From a virus, in the IMG/VR virus record IMGVR_UViG_3300031957_002648, positions 1 to 64,000 of that record: a stretch of 64,000 nucleotides of DNA. One strand, 5' to 3'. Position 1 is the first letter of the stretch. Every line of letters starts with the position of its first letter. The position numbers were made by a program, and so were the translations under genes. The notes beneath the pieces were generated by a model. It was not told the DNA's origin, searched no databases, and saw only the letters and a list, made by a program, of their open reading frames with translations. This document shows positions 47,439-58,400 of the stretch, piece after piece.

Positions 47439-50400
47439 TTATCCGAAAATAATAGCGTTAATGATGGATGTCTCTTGGGTAACATATGCAACAGATGGTG
47501 CAATCGTCAATCCGTAGATGATTCCGAAGAATGCTGCCCCAGCTCTTGGTGCCTCAGCAAAATTCAGTGTAATTGGATCCGTTGTTCGATCAGTACCACC
47601 ACTTATATAGTATCCAACTTGTTGGAGAACATCAGGTTGTTGAACGATACCGCCAACGGAGATTAGTAATCTGGCAGAGGTTGTTATTTCACTATTTAGG
47701 TAGTTAGTGCCATCCGTTGAAAGAGTAAATTGCGTTGTAATACCATTGAATCCACTAGAAATATCATCTGCAAATTTAAACTCAGTAACATTTTGAGCAG
47801 TGAGAATTCCAACTACATTTAGATTTCCACCAATTCTAGCGTCACCACCTACATCTAGAAGCTCTTGGGGATTGGCACTACCAATACCAACAGAAGCAAT
47901 GCCTGCGTTTCCGGGTAAGAAATTATAGAATGCGGTTAGAATTGTTCCACCGACACCAACATTGAACTGGTCAAATACTGTGGCAGAAGTTCCAACAAAG
48001 TTGGTAACAACACCCGTGACTGCATAGAGTTCTTGAGTATCGACAACGGTAGAGAATAAGTTTGTGGTTCTCAGATCAGTAACTACACCAGTGACGGCCT
48101 GTAGAGTTTGTAGATCTCCAACACTGTAGTAAGCGTTGGTTCCACTCAGGTCGGTAACAACACCAGCAACAGCTTGAAGTGTTTGTAGATCTCCAACACT
48201 GTAGTAAGCGTTGGTTCCACTCAGGTCGGTGATGACGCCAGCAACACCTTGGAGAGTTTGGAAGTCACCAGTTGTGTAGTATGCATTAGATCCACTGAGA
48301 TCCGTTACAACACCAGCCACACCTTGCAGAGTTTGGAAGTCGCCAACACTGTAGTATGCATTAGTACCTGACAGATCAGTAACAACACCAGCAACTCCTT
48401 GAAGTGTCTGAGCATCTACGACACTATAGAAAGCATTGGTTCCACTTAGATCAGTAACGACACCAGATACAGCTTGGAGTGTTTGTAGATCTCCAACACT
48501 GTAGTATGCATTGGTTCCACTTAGATCAGTAACGACACCTGTAAGTCCCTGAAGCGTCTGAGCGTCAACTACATCATAGAATGCATTAGTACCGGAGAGA
48601 TCCGTTACGACACCTACAACTCCCTGAAGTGTTTGAGCATCAACAACATTATAGAATGCGTTAGTACCGGAGAGATCCGTTACAACACCAGTGACGGCTT
48701 GAAGTGTTTGGAAGTCACCAACACTGTAGTATGCATTAGTACCGGAGAGATCCGTTACGACACCAGCAACACCTTGGAGAGTCTGTGCATCAACTACGCT
48801 GTAGTAAGCGTTAGTACCACTTAGGTCAGTTACGACACCAGCAACTCCTTGAAGTGTCTGAGCATCAACTACATTATAGAATGCGTTAGTACCGCTAAGA
48901 TCAGTTACAACACCAGTTACAGCCTGAAGTAGTTGTGCATCCAGAGTATTGACAAACAAAGAATTGTCAATATTCAGATTGGTAATAATACCAGAGACTG
49001 CATTAAGTGTGGTGATACCTGCATACTGAATATATGCATCAGTTGCAATGAATCCAAAGGTAGTAAGAATACCAGAGATAACTAGATCATTAACCTCAAG
49101 TTGATTGAGAGTTGTAATTCCAGTGACCTCAAGGTTTCCACCAACAGCTCCATCACCATCAATGACAAGGGATGGTGTCTCAACTGGTCCTTCAAATGTA
49201 GATGGACCAGTGACGAATAGATTATTAGTAGTTACTACACCTGTTGCTTCTAAAGTCTCACCAACAAATCTAAGTGCAGTAACAATTCCAGTAAAGTCTC
49301 CGTTACCATCGCTGCTGATTGTAACAGCAATACCAATGGTAGGATCTCCTACATTCAATCCAACTCTTGCAGTAACAAGGCCAATCGAGTCTACATTTCT
49401 GACATCTTCATAAGTGAGAACTCCACCAACTGCCAAGTCACCTGTGACAGTTAGATCCTGAGTAATTGTTGCGAATCCATTGACCTGAAGGCCTCCTTGA
49501 ACTGTTACATCAGTAGAAGTTAATGTCGTTACTACACCAGAAACTCCTTGTAGAGTCTGAGCATCAACAACATTATAGAATGCATTAGTACCAGACAGAT
49601 CCGTAATTACTCCAACAACTCCTTGTAGAGTCTGGAAGTCACCAACACTATAGAAAGCATTTGTTCCACTCAGATCTGTAATTACACCAGACACACCCTG
49701 AAGTAGTTGTGCATCCAGAGTATTAACGAAGAGTGTATTATCAATGTTTAGATCAGTTATAACACCAGAGACTGCATTAAGTGTCTGAACATCTACAGTG
49801 TTGTAGAAAGCATTAGTACCAGACAGGTCAGTAACAACACCGGTAACTGCATATAACTCCTGTGTATCAACTACATTAGAGAATATATTGGTGGTGTTTA
49901 AATCGGTAATTGTTGCAGCGGTGCCAGTGAAGTTTGTAATTACACCACTAACTGCATATAGCTCCTGAGTATCAACAACTGTGGAGAATATATTGGTGGT
50001 GTTTAGATCGGTAATTGTTGATGCAGTGCTAGTAAAGTTTGTGATTACACCAGACACACCCTGAAGTAGTTGTGCATCCAGAGTATTAACGAAAAGTGTA
50101 TTATCAATATTCAGGTTAGTAATAATACCAGAGACTGCATTTAAAGTCTGGAAGTCACCAATGTTATAGAATGCATTGGTTCCATTTAGATCTGTGATAG
50201 TACCGGTGCCAGCATTGATGTTTCCATTGAATGCGTTGGCAGTAACAACACCAAGAACATTTACATCACCTTCAATAAGAACTTGTCCGGTGAGAGTGGT
50301 GAGTCCTACAACATCTAGAGCCGTGACGGAAGCAATACCACCGATAACACTAGTGGCAACTCCAGATAATTCAGAGAAGTCTGCTGATTGAGCTTCTTGT

Positions 50401-53400
50401 ACTCTAACAATATCTACATCAACGATTGTCCCATCAACAATATTTGGAGTAACAAGTACAGTGAGACCAGTTCCAACAAAGTTAATTGTTGTGAAAGATG
50501 CGCCAACAAAATCGCCTGCAGACTGAATACCAATCGCAGCATTAAAGTTACTGCTAAGACCACTGAATCTATTATCAGCCGTACCATCAAATCTGGATGC
50601 AGTAACTACGCCAGTAGAGTTAAGTTGATCTACCGAGGCGAGACCACCAGTAAAGTTGGTAATAACACCAGTTACAGCCTGAAGTAGTTGTGCATCCAGA
50701 GTATTAACAAACAAAGAATTGTCAATACTTAGATTAGTAATAATACCAGTGACGGCTTGTAGAGTCTGGAAGTCTCCAACACTATAGTAAGCGTTAGTAC
50801 CACTGAGGTCAGTTACGACACCAGTTACAGCATAAAGTTCTTGAGTGTCAGTAACCGTAGAGAATGAATTGGTTGTCCTTAGATCAGTAATTGTCGCTGC
50901 AGTTGCAGTAAGATTTGTAACTACACCACTAACTGCAAAGAGTTCTTGAGTATCGACAACGGTAGAGAATGAGTTTGTAGTTCTCAGATCGGTGACAACA
51001 CCAGCAACAGCCTGTAGAGTCTGGAAATCACCAACGTTATAGAATAGGTTGGTTCCACTGAGATCCGTTACAACACCAGTGACGGCTTGTAGGGTTTGGA
51101 AGTCACCAACGTTATAGTATAGGTTGGTTCCATTTAAATCTGTTATAGTGCCGGTGCCAGCGTTAATGTTTCCATTGAATGCGTTAGCAGTAACAACACC
51201 AAGAACATTTACATCACCTTCGACTAGGACTTGCCCGGTTAGAGTAGTAAGTCCGGTTACATCTAGAGACGTGACAGAAGCAACACCACCAATGACATTA
51301 ATTGCTGTCTCAGCTTCATCAGCACCAGCAACTCTGAGGATGTTGATATTTCCTTGAGTGATGTTGCCTGGTTCTGGATCAACTGTAACAACTAGATTTG
51401 TACCACTGAAATTGAGATTGGTAAATGCTCCACCAACATATGTTCCCGCAGAAGATAGTCCAACAGCAGCATTAAAATTGCTACTTAGACCAGTAAATCT
51501 ATCATCAGCAGCACCAATAAAGTTAGTGGCAGTAATAACACCACCGACACTAATGTCATTCTCAACCAGAACTTGTCCCGTAAGAGTAGAAATGCCAGAG
51601 ACATCTAGAGTAGTTACGGAAGCAATACCACCAATGACATTGATTGCTGTCTCAGCATCATCAGCAGCAGCAACTCTAAGGATATTGATATTTGCTTGTG
51701 TAATGTTTCCGGGTTCTGGATCAACAGTAACTTCAAGGTTTGTGCCGATAAAGTTTAGTTGAGTAAAGGCACCACCAACATATGTTCCTGCAGATAGAAT
51801 ACCAACAGCAGCATTGAAGTTGCTGCTAAGACCACTGAATCTATTATCAGCGGTTCCGTCAAGTCTAGAAGCAGTAACTACGCCAGTAGAGTTAAGTTGA
51901 TCTACTGAAGCAAGGCCACCAGTGAAGTTGGTAATAACACCAGTGACTGCATTTAGAGTTTGTAGATCACCAGTTGTGTAGAATGCATTAGTGCCGCTAA
52001 TATCAGTAACTACACCAGCAACAGCCTGTAAAGTCTGAGCATCAACTACACTGTAGTATGCATTAGTACCACTTAGATCTGTAACAATACCAGTAACAGC
52101 CTGTAGAGTCTGAGTATCTACAACACTGTAGTATGCATTAGTGCCAGAAAGATTCGTTACGACACCAGTTTGAGCATACAGTTCTGTAAAGATTCCAACA
52201 TTAGCCTTAACAGTGCCACTTACATCCAAATCAGCGTTAACATCAACAAAGTCTTGGAAAGTGGATACTCCAGTGACTTGTAGTTGTGCTAAAGAAGTAA
52301 TACCTGTGGCATAAAAATCTTTAGTAGTAAGAATGCCACTAAAGTTACCATTGATTGCATTAATATTATCAAGACTTAAATCTTCAGCAATGTATAGATC
52401 GCCACCAACATATAGATCGCCACCGGTTGTGGTGATGCCACCTTGGCCCGCCAAAGTTACAGCAATACCAGTAGGATCTGCTAGTCCAGCAACAGATAGT
52501 GCAGTTCCGACTAGAACATTCGTGAGAGTTGTAAATCCAGCACTGTTAATATTTTCAATAGTAGCAGCAGTGCTAGTGAAGTTAGTGATAACGCCACTAG
52601 TATAATACAGATTCTCACCACTCATAGTGGTGCCAATACCAACTTCAGTGTTCAGAATATCAAAGTTTCCATAGTCAAAGTCAGCATTTTGTCCTGCCAG
52701 AGCCGTAATAAATCCAGTCTGTGCAAATACTGATCTGATGCCAGCGTTGTTATTGACAACAAGATCATCAGTTATTAGATTGGTAATTGTACCAATACCA
52801 GATAGAATTTGACCATTGAAGGTTAGAGCTGTAGCAACTCCAAGAACAATAAGTTCTCTCAGCTCACCAACATCTTCAAGACTTGACTCTGTAATAGTTG
52901 GACCAAGGACTCCTGCAGAAAGAACAGTATCTACTCCAACCTTATATGCACCAGTTGCAGTGACACCTAATCCAGTATCAGATTGAAGAACGCCAGCACT
53001 ATATGAATAAACAAAATTCTTTTGAATGTTCTCGGATCCAATTCCAATACCTGCTCCGTCAAGTAAGAACTCGGTTGCAATACCAGTAGCGATAGCAACC
53101 TTGAAGTCGGCAAGTTCAATGATGGAAGAGTCTACAGTAAACTGACTACCATCAACGAATAGATCTCCTCTGATCCTTACAATACCACTATTAATTCCAA
53201 GTGGAGATTGTGGATCAATGAAGATAATTTCTGGGCCAAGAATAGTATCTGTACTGATTGTAAAACCAGAAGATCCTGCACCAGTTACAAAGAGTGGAGC
53301 ATTAATTGATGATCCAGCAGAAACCGTTCCGTCAAGTCTAGATTCACCAATAACACTTAATCCACCACCAACTAAGGCGTCACCTTGTACATCTAAAGTG

Positions 53401-55100
53401 TTGTTGATGTCAGTAAATCCACCAATGGTGGTGACACCAGTAATAATAACGCTAGATCCAATAGAAACATTCTCATCAAATGTTGAGTTCTGTTCAAAGA
53501 ATGAGATGTTTTGGAATGTAGTTACACCGGTTACTAGGAAATCGGAATCAACAATGACAGAATTTCCAGCAGAGTCAAGTGTTAGAATTCCAACATTAGT
53601 ATCAATAATATTTTCTCCAGTGATTGCTAGATTAATATCATTAATTCTAGCTCCATTGTTTGCATCAAGGAGATCATTGAGTGTAGTGATTCCAGTAACG
53701 AGTAAGTTCTCATCAATCGTTACATCAACCAAGAAGGAAGCATCACTCTGGAATGTAGAAGGTCCAGTGACAGTAGAAGCACCACTGACAAGTAGATTTT
53801 GATCTACAGTTGCATCTTGTTGGAAGGTAGCATCAGACTGGAAGGTAGAAATACCCTCAACATTTAGAGAACTATTTGCATCAATCGCACCGGCAAATGT
53901 AGAGACACCAGATACGTTAAGATCATCTAGCTCAGTTTGTCCATCGACATCAACATCACCATTGGCATCAAGAGCTCCAGTTAGTGTAGTAACACCAGCA
54001 ACAGTCAATCCAGCACCTAAAACATTTAGTGTGCGAGCTGTGGCAATACCAGTTACATTCAATAATATTGTAGTAAAATCTTCTACATTAACAAACTTGG
54101 CATCAACTGTACCAGTGCTAAGAATGCCACTACGAATAGTTGTACCACCACCAACAAAAACAGTAGTATCTTCACTGAATGTAGCAATACCAGCATCTAC
54201 ATCTAAGAAATCTCTGACAGTTAATACACCAATATTAGCCTGGTTTACAGTAATACCAATACCAGTAAAGGTGGCAATGCCCTGACTTCTAAACTGTACA
54301 GTTTCAAAATCAAATACATTTACAAAATTAGCATCAACAGTACGAGTGCTGATGATACCGCTAGTGATGGTAGTTAAACCACCGACTTGTAATGGGCCTC
54401 CAGTAGATGCAATGGAAATGCCATTAAAGAATGTAGATGGTCCTACAAATGTAGAAATGCCATTTACAAATAAATTTTCAGTTTCAATATCACCAAAGTC
54501 ACCAAAAGATCCATCGATACTAAGAGCCGTCAGGACACCAGTAACGTTTAGATTACCATCGATCTGAGCATCACCAACTACATCTAAGAAGTATTGAGGG
54601 ATAGTGCTACCAATACCTACCTTACGAGTGGTGTAGATACCAGCAGTTTCTTCATCTGTAGATTCACCAGACCTATCTCTAAGCCATCTGGGATCCAATC
54701 TAATATCAGCTAAGTTCGGGTTGATTGTGTTTGTACTAATACCCAACAACTGATCTGAAATAATGTTAATTCCTGTGAAGGAAGTAACACCTAAAATATC
54801 TCCGTCTTCTGCAATAAAAATAGCGTTCGTATCAAAAGGTGGGGCTGCCACCCATCTCAGTCCATCAATATCTCTGGTTAGGAAGTATGCAAACTCACCA
54901 TCAGAACCATCAACGTCAATAATTCTTGTTGCTTTGAGATCTCCTCTTATATCTAAATTATAATCGGCAACAAATTCAGTCGAACCTATACCCGCACGAC
55001 CAACAAGACCGAAGACATCCCTCTCTTCAGAAAATCCAGGTACGCCGATTCTGGAGTCTGGTACTCTGCCATTAGAGTACCTGATTGGTTGCTTCGCCAT
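47439..55100 (-). CDS. giant repeat-rich tail-fibre/adhesin-like protein (2553 aa)
   Basis: GISTF beta repeats, 25-aa tandem repeats, C-terminal DDISS.FNG...F.L...GGI.QQP domain. Confidence 0.85.
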   Translation of the reverse strand: MAKQPIRYSNGRVPDSRIGVPGFSEERDVFGLVGRAGIGSTEFVADYNLDIRGDLKATRIIDVDGSDGEFAYFLTRDIDGLRWVAAPPFDTNAIFIAEDGDILGVTSFTGINIISDQLLGISTNTINPNLADIRLDPRWLRDRSGESTDEETAGIYTTRKVGIGSTIPQYFLDVVGDAQIDGNLNVTGVLTALSIDGSFGDFGDIETENLFVNGISTFVGPSTFFNGISIASTGGPLQVGGLTTITSGIISTRTVDANFVNVFDFETVQFRSQGIATFTGIGITVNQANIGVLTVRDFLDVDAGIATFSEDTTVFVGGGTTIRSGILSTGTVDAKFVNVEDFTTILLNVTGIATARTLNVLGAGLTVAGVTTLTGALDANGDVDVDGQTELDDLNVSGVSTFAGAIDANSSLNVEGISTFQSDATFQQDATVDQNLLVSGASTVTGPSTFQSDASFLVDVTIDENLLVTGITTLNDLLDANNGARINDINLAITGENIIDTNVGILTLDSAGNSVIVDSDFLVTGVTTFQNISFFEQNSTFDENVSIGSSVIITGVTTIGGFTDINNTLDVQGDALVGGGLSVIGESRLDGTVSAGSSINAPLFVTGAGSSGFTISTDTILGPEIIFIDPQSPLGINSGIVRIRGDLFVDGSQFTVDSSIIELADFKVAIATGIATEFLLDGAGIGIGSENIQKNFVYSYSAGVLQSDTGLGVTATGAYKVGVDTVLSAGVLGPTITESSLEDVGELRELIVLGVATALTFNGQILSGIGTITNLITDDLVVNNNAGIRSVFAQTGFITALAGQNADFDYGNFDILNTEVGIGTTMSGENLYYTSGVITNFTSTAATIENINSAGFTTLTNVLVGTALSVAGLADPTGIAVTLAGQGGITTTGGDLYVGGDLYIAEDLSLDNINAINGNFSGILTTKDFYATGITSLAQLQVTGVSTFQDFVDVNADLDVSGTVKANVGIFTELYAQTGVVTNLSGTNAYYSVVDTQTLQAVTGIVTDLSGTNAYYSVVDAQTLQAVAGVVTDISGTNAFYTTGDLQTLNAVTGVITNFTGGLASVDQLNSTGVVTASRLDGTADNRFSGLSSNFNAAVGILSAGTYVGGAFTQLNFIGTNLEVTVDPEPGNITQANINILRVAAADDAETAINVIGGIASVTTLDVSGISTLTGQVLVENDISVGGVITATNFIGAADDRFTGLSSNFNAAVGLSSAGTYVGGAFTNLNFSGTNLVVTVDPEPGNITQGNINILRVAGADEAETAINVIGGVASVTSLDVTGLTTLTGQVLVEGDVNVLGVVTANAFNGNINAGTGTITDLNGTNLYYNVGDFQTLQAVTGVVTDLSGTNLFYNVGDFQTLQAVAGVVTDLRTTNSFSTVVDTQELFAVSGVVTNLTATAATITDLRTTNSFSTVTDTQELYAVTGVVTDLSGTNAYYSVGDFQTLQAVTGIITNLSIDNSLFVNTLDAQLLQAVTGVITNFTGGLASVDQLNSTGVVTASRFDGTADNRFSGLSSNFNAAIGIQSAGDFVGASFTTINFVGTGLTVLVTPNIVDGTIVDVDIVRVQEAQSADFSELSGVATSVIGGIASVTALDVVGLTTLTGQVLIEGDVNVLGVVTANAFNGNINAGTGTITDLNGTNAFYNIGDFQTLNAVSGIITNLNIDNTLFVNTLDAQLLQGVSGVITNFTSTASTITDLNTTNIFSTVVDTQELYAVSGVITNFTGTAATITDLNTTNIFSNVVDTQELYAVTGVVTDLSGTNAFYNTVDVQTLNAVSGVITDLNIDNTLFVNTLDAQLLQGVSGVITDLSGTNAFYSVGDFQTLQGVVGVITDLSGTNAFYNVVDAQTLQGVSGVVTTLTSTDVTVQGGLQVNGFATITQDLTVTGDLAVGGVLTYEDVRNVDSIGLVTARVGLNVGDPTIGIAVTISSDGNGDFTGIVTALRFVGETLEATGVVTTNNLFVTGPSTFEGPVETPSLVIDGDGAVGGNLEVTGITTLNQLEVNDLVISGILTTFGFIATDAYIQYAGITTLNAVSGIITNLNIDNSLFVNTLDAQLLQAVTGVVTDLSGTNAFYNVVDAQTLQGVAGVVTDLSGTNAYYSVVDAQTLQGVAGVVTDLSGTNAYYSVGDFQTLQAVTGVVTDLSGTNAFYNVVDAQTLQGVVGVVTDLSGTNAFYDVVDAQTLQGLTGVVTDLSGTNAYYSVGDLQTLQAVSGVVTDLSGTNAFYSVVDAQTLQGVAGVVTDLSGTNAYYSVGDFQTLQGVAGVVTDLSGSNAYYTTGDFQTLQGVAGVITDLSGTNAYYSVGDLQTLQAVAGVVTDLSGTNAYYSVGDLQTLQAVTGVVTDLRTTNLFSTVVDTQELYAVTGVVTNFVGTSATVFDQFNVGVGGTILTAFYNFLPGNAGIASVGIGSANPQELLDVGGDARIGGNLNVVGILTAQNVTEFKFADDISSGFNGITTQFTLSTDGTNYLNSEITTSARLLISVGGIVQQPDVLQQVGYYISGGTDRTTDPITLNFAEAPRAGAAFFGIIYGLTIAPSVAYVTQETSIINAIIFG
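48003..48902 (-). repeat. 12 consecutive 75-nt coding repeats (DLSGTNAYYSVGDFQTLQAVTGVVT)
   Basis: Counted in the translation; more copies at about 49540-50190, 50660-51150 and 51930-52170. Confidence 0.9.
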
Positions 55101-55107
55101 TTCAATC

Positions 55108-55452
55108 TTAGATGTTTGTTGTTTCTAGAACGCTTAATAAAAACTTTAGGCCTGGAGTTGTGCTACCAACTGTCACTAACTTATCTCCTGTTTCCAGAAC
55201 AAGTTTTCCAGATAGAAGAGCCGCTGTTTCATCTGCAGGAATAGGAATAGATTTTATCAGATCAACATCATCTTGACCTTCTCTTCTAAAACCTAGAGTA
55301 AATGTTTCTGTCTCAGTGCTGATGTTTGTTGTTTGGGCAAGGAGAACAATGCCAACAAATCCAATAGGAGCTTCATATACCTCAGTGGTATTGATTCCAA
55401 CAATTTGTGTAACTGTTTTAAACTGATTAACAGCTGCTGCTGCAATTGCCAT
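55108..55452 (-). CDS. small virion structural protein
   Basis: N.FKT...Y.AP.G...IVL.AQ..N...GKLVLETGD.L...LS.LET family. Confidence 0.8.
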   Translation of the reverse strand: MAIAAAAVNQFKTVTQIVGINTTEVYEAPIGFVGIVLLAQTTNISTETETFTLGFRREGQDDVDLIKSIPIPADETAALLSGKLVLETGDKLVTVGSTTPGLKFLLSVLETTNI

Positions 55453-55455
55453 TGA

Positions 55456-58400
55456 TTACTCTCCTCCTAGTGCCAGAATGAATGGTGTTACCTGTACAAA
55501 TAAACTCTTAGAATAATCTCTACCAGATACTGTACCTGTTGTTTGGTTAATCACAACCCCATCACCGATTCTAAAGTTACCTCTTTCATCCGTGCTTGTG
55601 TAAATAACCTCACCACCATCAACTTTGATGACTTCATCCTCTTGTCTGGAAACTCCACCGCGAGATGGATATGCAAATTCAATAGTGTTACCTGCTCCAA
55701 TAAACTCAAATGAATGAGATGATGCAATTTGCAGGCTCTGTCTAGAGAAATATGCAGTGCTTCCTACACCTACGTCATTATTTAGGGTCTGTACCAAAGT
55801 CACTGTGCTGATTCCAGCGTAAGGAGTTGTAGCAGAATCAACACCATAATAAACTGGAGTCATTAATGCTGTAGCAGCTGCTCCAACTCCTGTAGTATCT
55901 CCTGGTTGATTGGTAAAAGTAATGCTAGGAGCATACTGATACTGTAGACCCTGAGACAATAGATTGACTGTGGTTACTTTACCATCAGCATCAATGCTAG
56001 ATGTTGCCTGAGCATTAATTGCGTTACCAGGACCAGTTGGGAATTCTATATTAACTTTTGGTGGTAATGTATATCCAGATCCACCATCAGTAACTAAAAT
56101 GTCCTCAATAGTCGTGTATAATTCATCAAAGTATAATGCCTGACCACCATAAGGTTTGAATGTACCGACACCAGAAACTTGTATTGTAGAACTTCCTCTA
56201 GTAGACGTATTGACAACTCTAGCAGTATATCTATCAGCAGAGCTTGTAGTATTATCACCAACGCCAATAGCAATCAGACCTCTAGTACCAAAAGAAGAGT
56301 TGGAGTTAGTAAGGTCAAGTTGACCACCCTTGACTGCAGAGATAGCAGTATCACAACAGATAGTAAAGATTGACACCAACTGACAATAAGCACCGTTGGA
56401 TACGGAAACACCAATGCCACCTTGGTTGAACTGAGTGTAAGAGTCCACGTTGAATGAACCCTGAATGCCCAGATCATTTTCCTGATCTCCCTCATCAGCT
56501 GCAAATCCATCGATTCTAGCACCAATACTATTCTTGATAAAGTTGGTGCAGTTAATAATATATGGTCCCTTACGAATGATACCTACACCTTGAGAAGGAA
56601 TTGCATCGGGATCAGTCTGACCAGCTCCAGCGTTACCAGGATATGTGGTCGTAAAACCTGCCCATGGTTCTGGGGCTGTAGTTCCAAGTCCAACATTATC
56701 AAGATAATTTTGTAGAATACCAGTTACAATACCAATACAAGATCTAATAGCAGAGACTACGTTTGCACATCCTTGTAGATCTCTGTTCCAACCAAAGACA
56801 GGATCTCCCTGCATGGATAGGTCTCTTAGTTGAGTAAACTCTTCTTGGAAATTTCCAAATCTTTGGACGGTTCCTCCACTTGTATAAATGTGGTTGATTG
56901 TCGAAATGCCTACTACGGATTCAAATCTAGTAGAATCAATAACTTTATACACATCATAAATTTGGCCAAGTCTGGCGGATGGGAACACAACTTCCGTAAC
57001 TCCACCATCATATAAACATGTAAATCCTAGACCAACAAGTTCGACTGGATCGTCAATCGATAAGTTATGAGATTCGTTTGTTGTGATAGTTACAATACCA
57101 ATATCATTATCATATTCAGCAGCAATAACATTTACATTCGTTCCGATTGGGAATTGACCGGCACCAACATTATTGATTACAGATCTAACAGGTTTGAATA
57201 CATGATTCAAAGTTGCAATGGTCTGTTCAATTTCTTCATTCCTTCTGAGGAATGTATCAATCAATGATCCATCATCATTGAAGTATGACTTTGCAGCACC
57301 AATACACTTGGAGTTACCACCCCTAGTGATGTCATGGGCTACTGATAGGAGAATAGTTCCGACATCTAGAGCACACTTGTCAATATCATCAATGTCAACA
57401 CCAAACACTGTTGTAATTCCAGTGAGGTAAGATACTCCTGTTCCAATACTGTTGGTCACAATGCCTGCCAGGTTCTCAATGGTAGCACCAACTGCAACAC
57501 ATCCTTCAGATACTCTGAGAACAGATGGGCTAATAGATTGTCCTAATGTTGTATACTTCTTAACTTTCTGAGAACTGCCGGTGTCTGGAATATAATTGTG
57601 AATGATGCTGGAGATACCAACATTTGTGACGTATGTGGTGAGACCAACAACGCTATCAACAACAAAATTGAGACCTCTTGGACTTAGATTGAGATCTTCT
57701 ACTGGGAAAACATTTGTCGTAACACCAGATACTCTAACAATACCTCCACTGACATATGTGTGTGCAAAACCTACAGTCTCAATAGGAATAGTAAAATCTG
57801 TAGACGTTCCTACAGAGCTAACAGTGTAGTTACCAATATACTTAACACCATATAAGAATCCACCACTGTCATAGACATGATCAATTGTGGAAATTCCAGC
57901 ATTGATTGTTAATGTGCTGGAACCAACAGATATAACTTCAAATTCACTACCTTGAGTTCCATCTGGGAATACTGTAGTAGTAATACCAATCTTAATTTTA
58001 CCACCCTGATCATAAGTATGAGCGATGGTGCTGATACCAACGTTCGTAACTAAAGTTGTTCCAGCAGAACCAGCTAGAACATTGTAAATGAATCCTTGTG
58101 TACCATCTGGGAAGAACGTAGTCGTAACTCCAGCGTGCTCTACAGAACAAGTAAATTCAATATCACGAAGTTCTACTAAATCACCATCGATTAATCCGTG
58201 ATTCTCTACAGTAAGAATCGTACTTACTCCAGTCGCAGCATCATACTGGAAATCATAAATTAAAATCTCGTTATTATATGGCAAGCATGTAAATGCAACA
58301 CCAGTCAGATTGACCGTCTCACCAGCAGTAATGTTATGATCTTTCTTCAGAGTGACTGTTGATAGGCCGGTGCTCTTATCATATTCAAAATCTTGAATTG

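Noticed and set aside
48003-48902. Regular DNA repeats resembling a CRISPR array
   Set aside because: They are in-frame 75-nt coding units with synonymous variation and no unique spacers.
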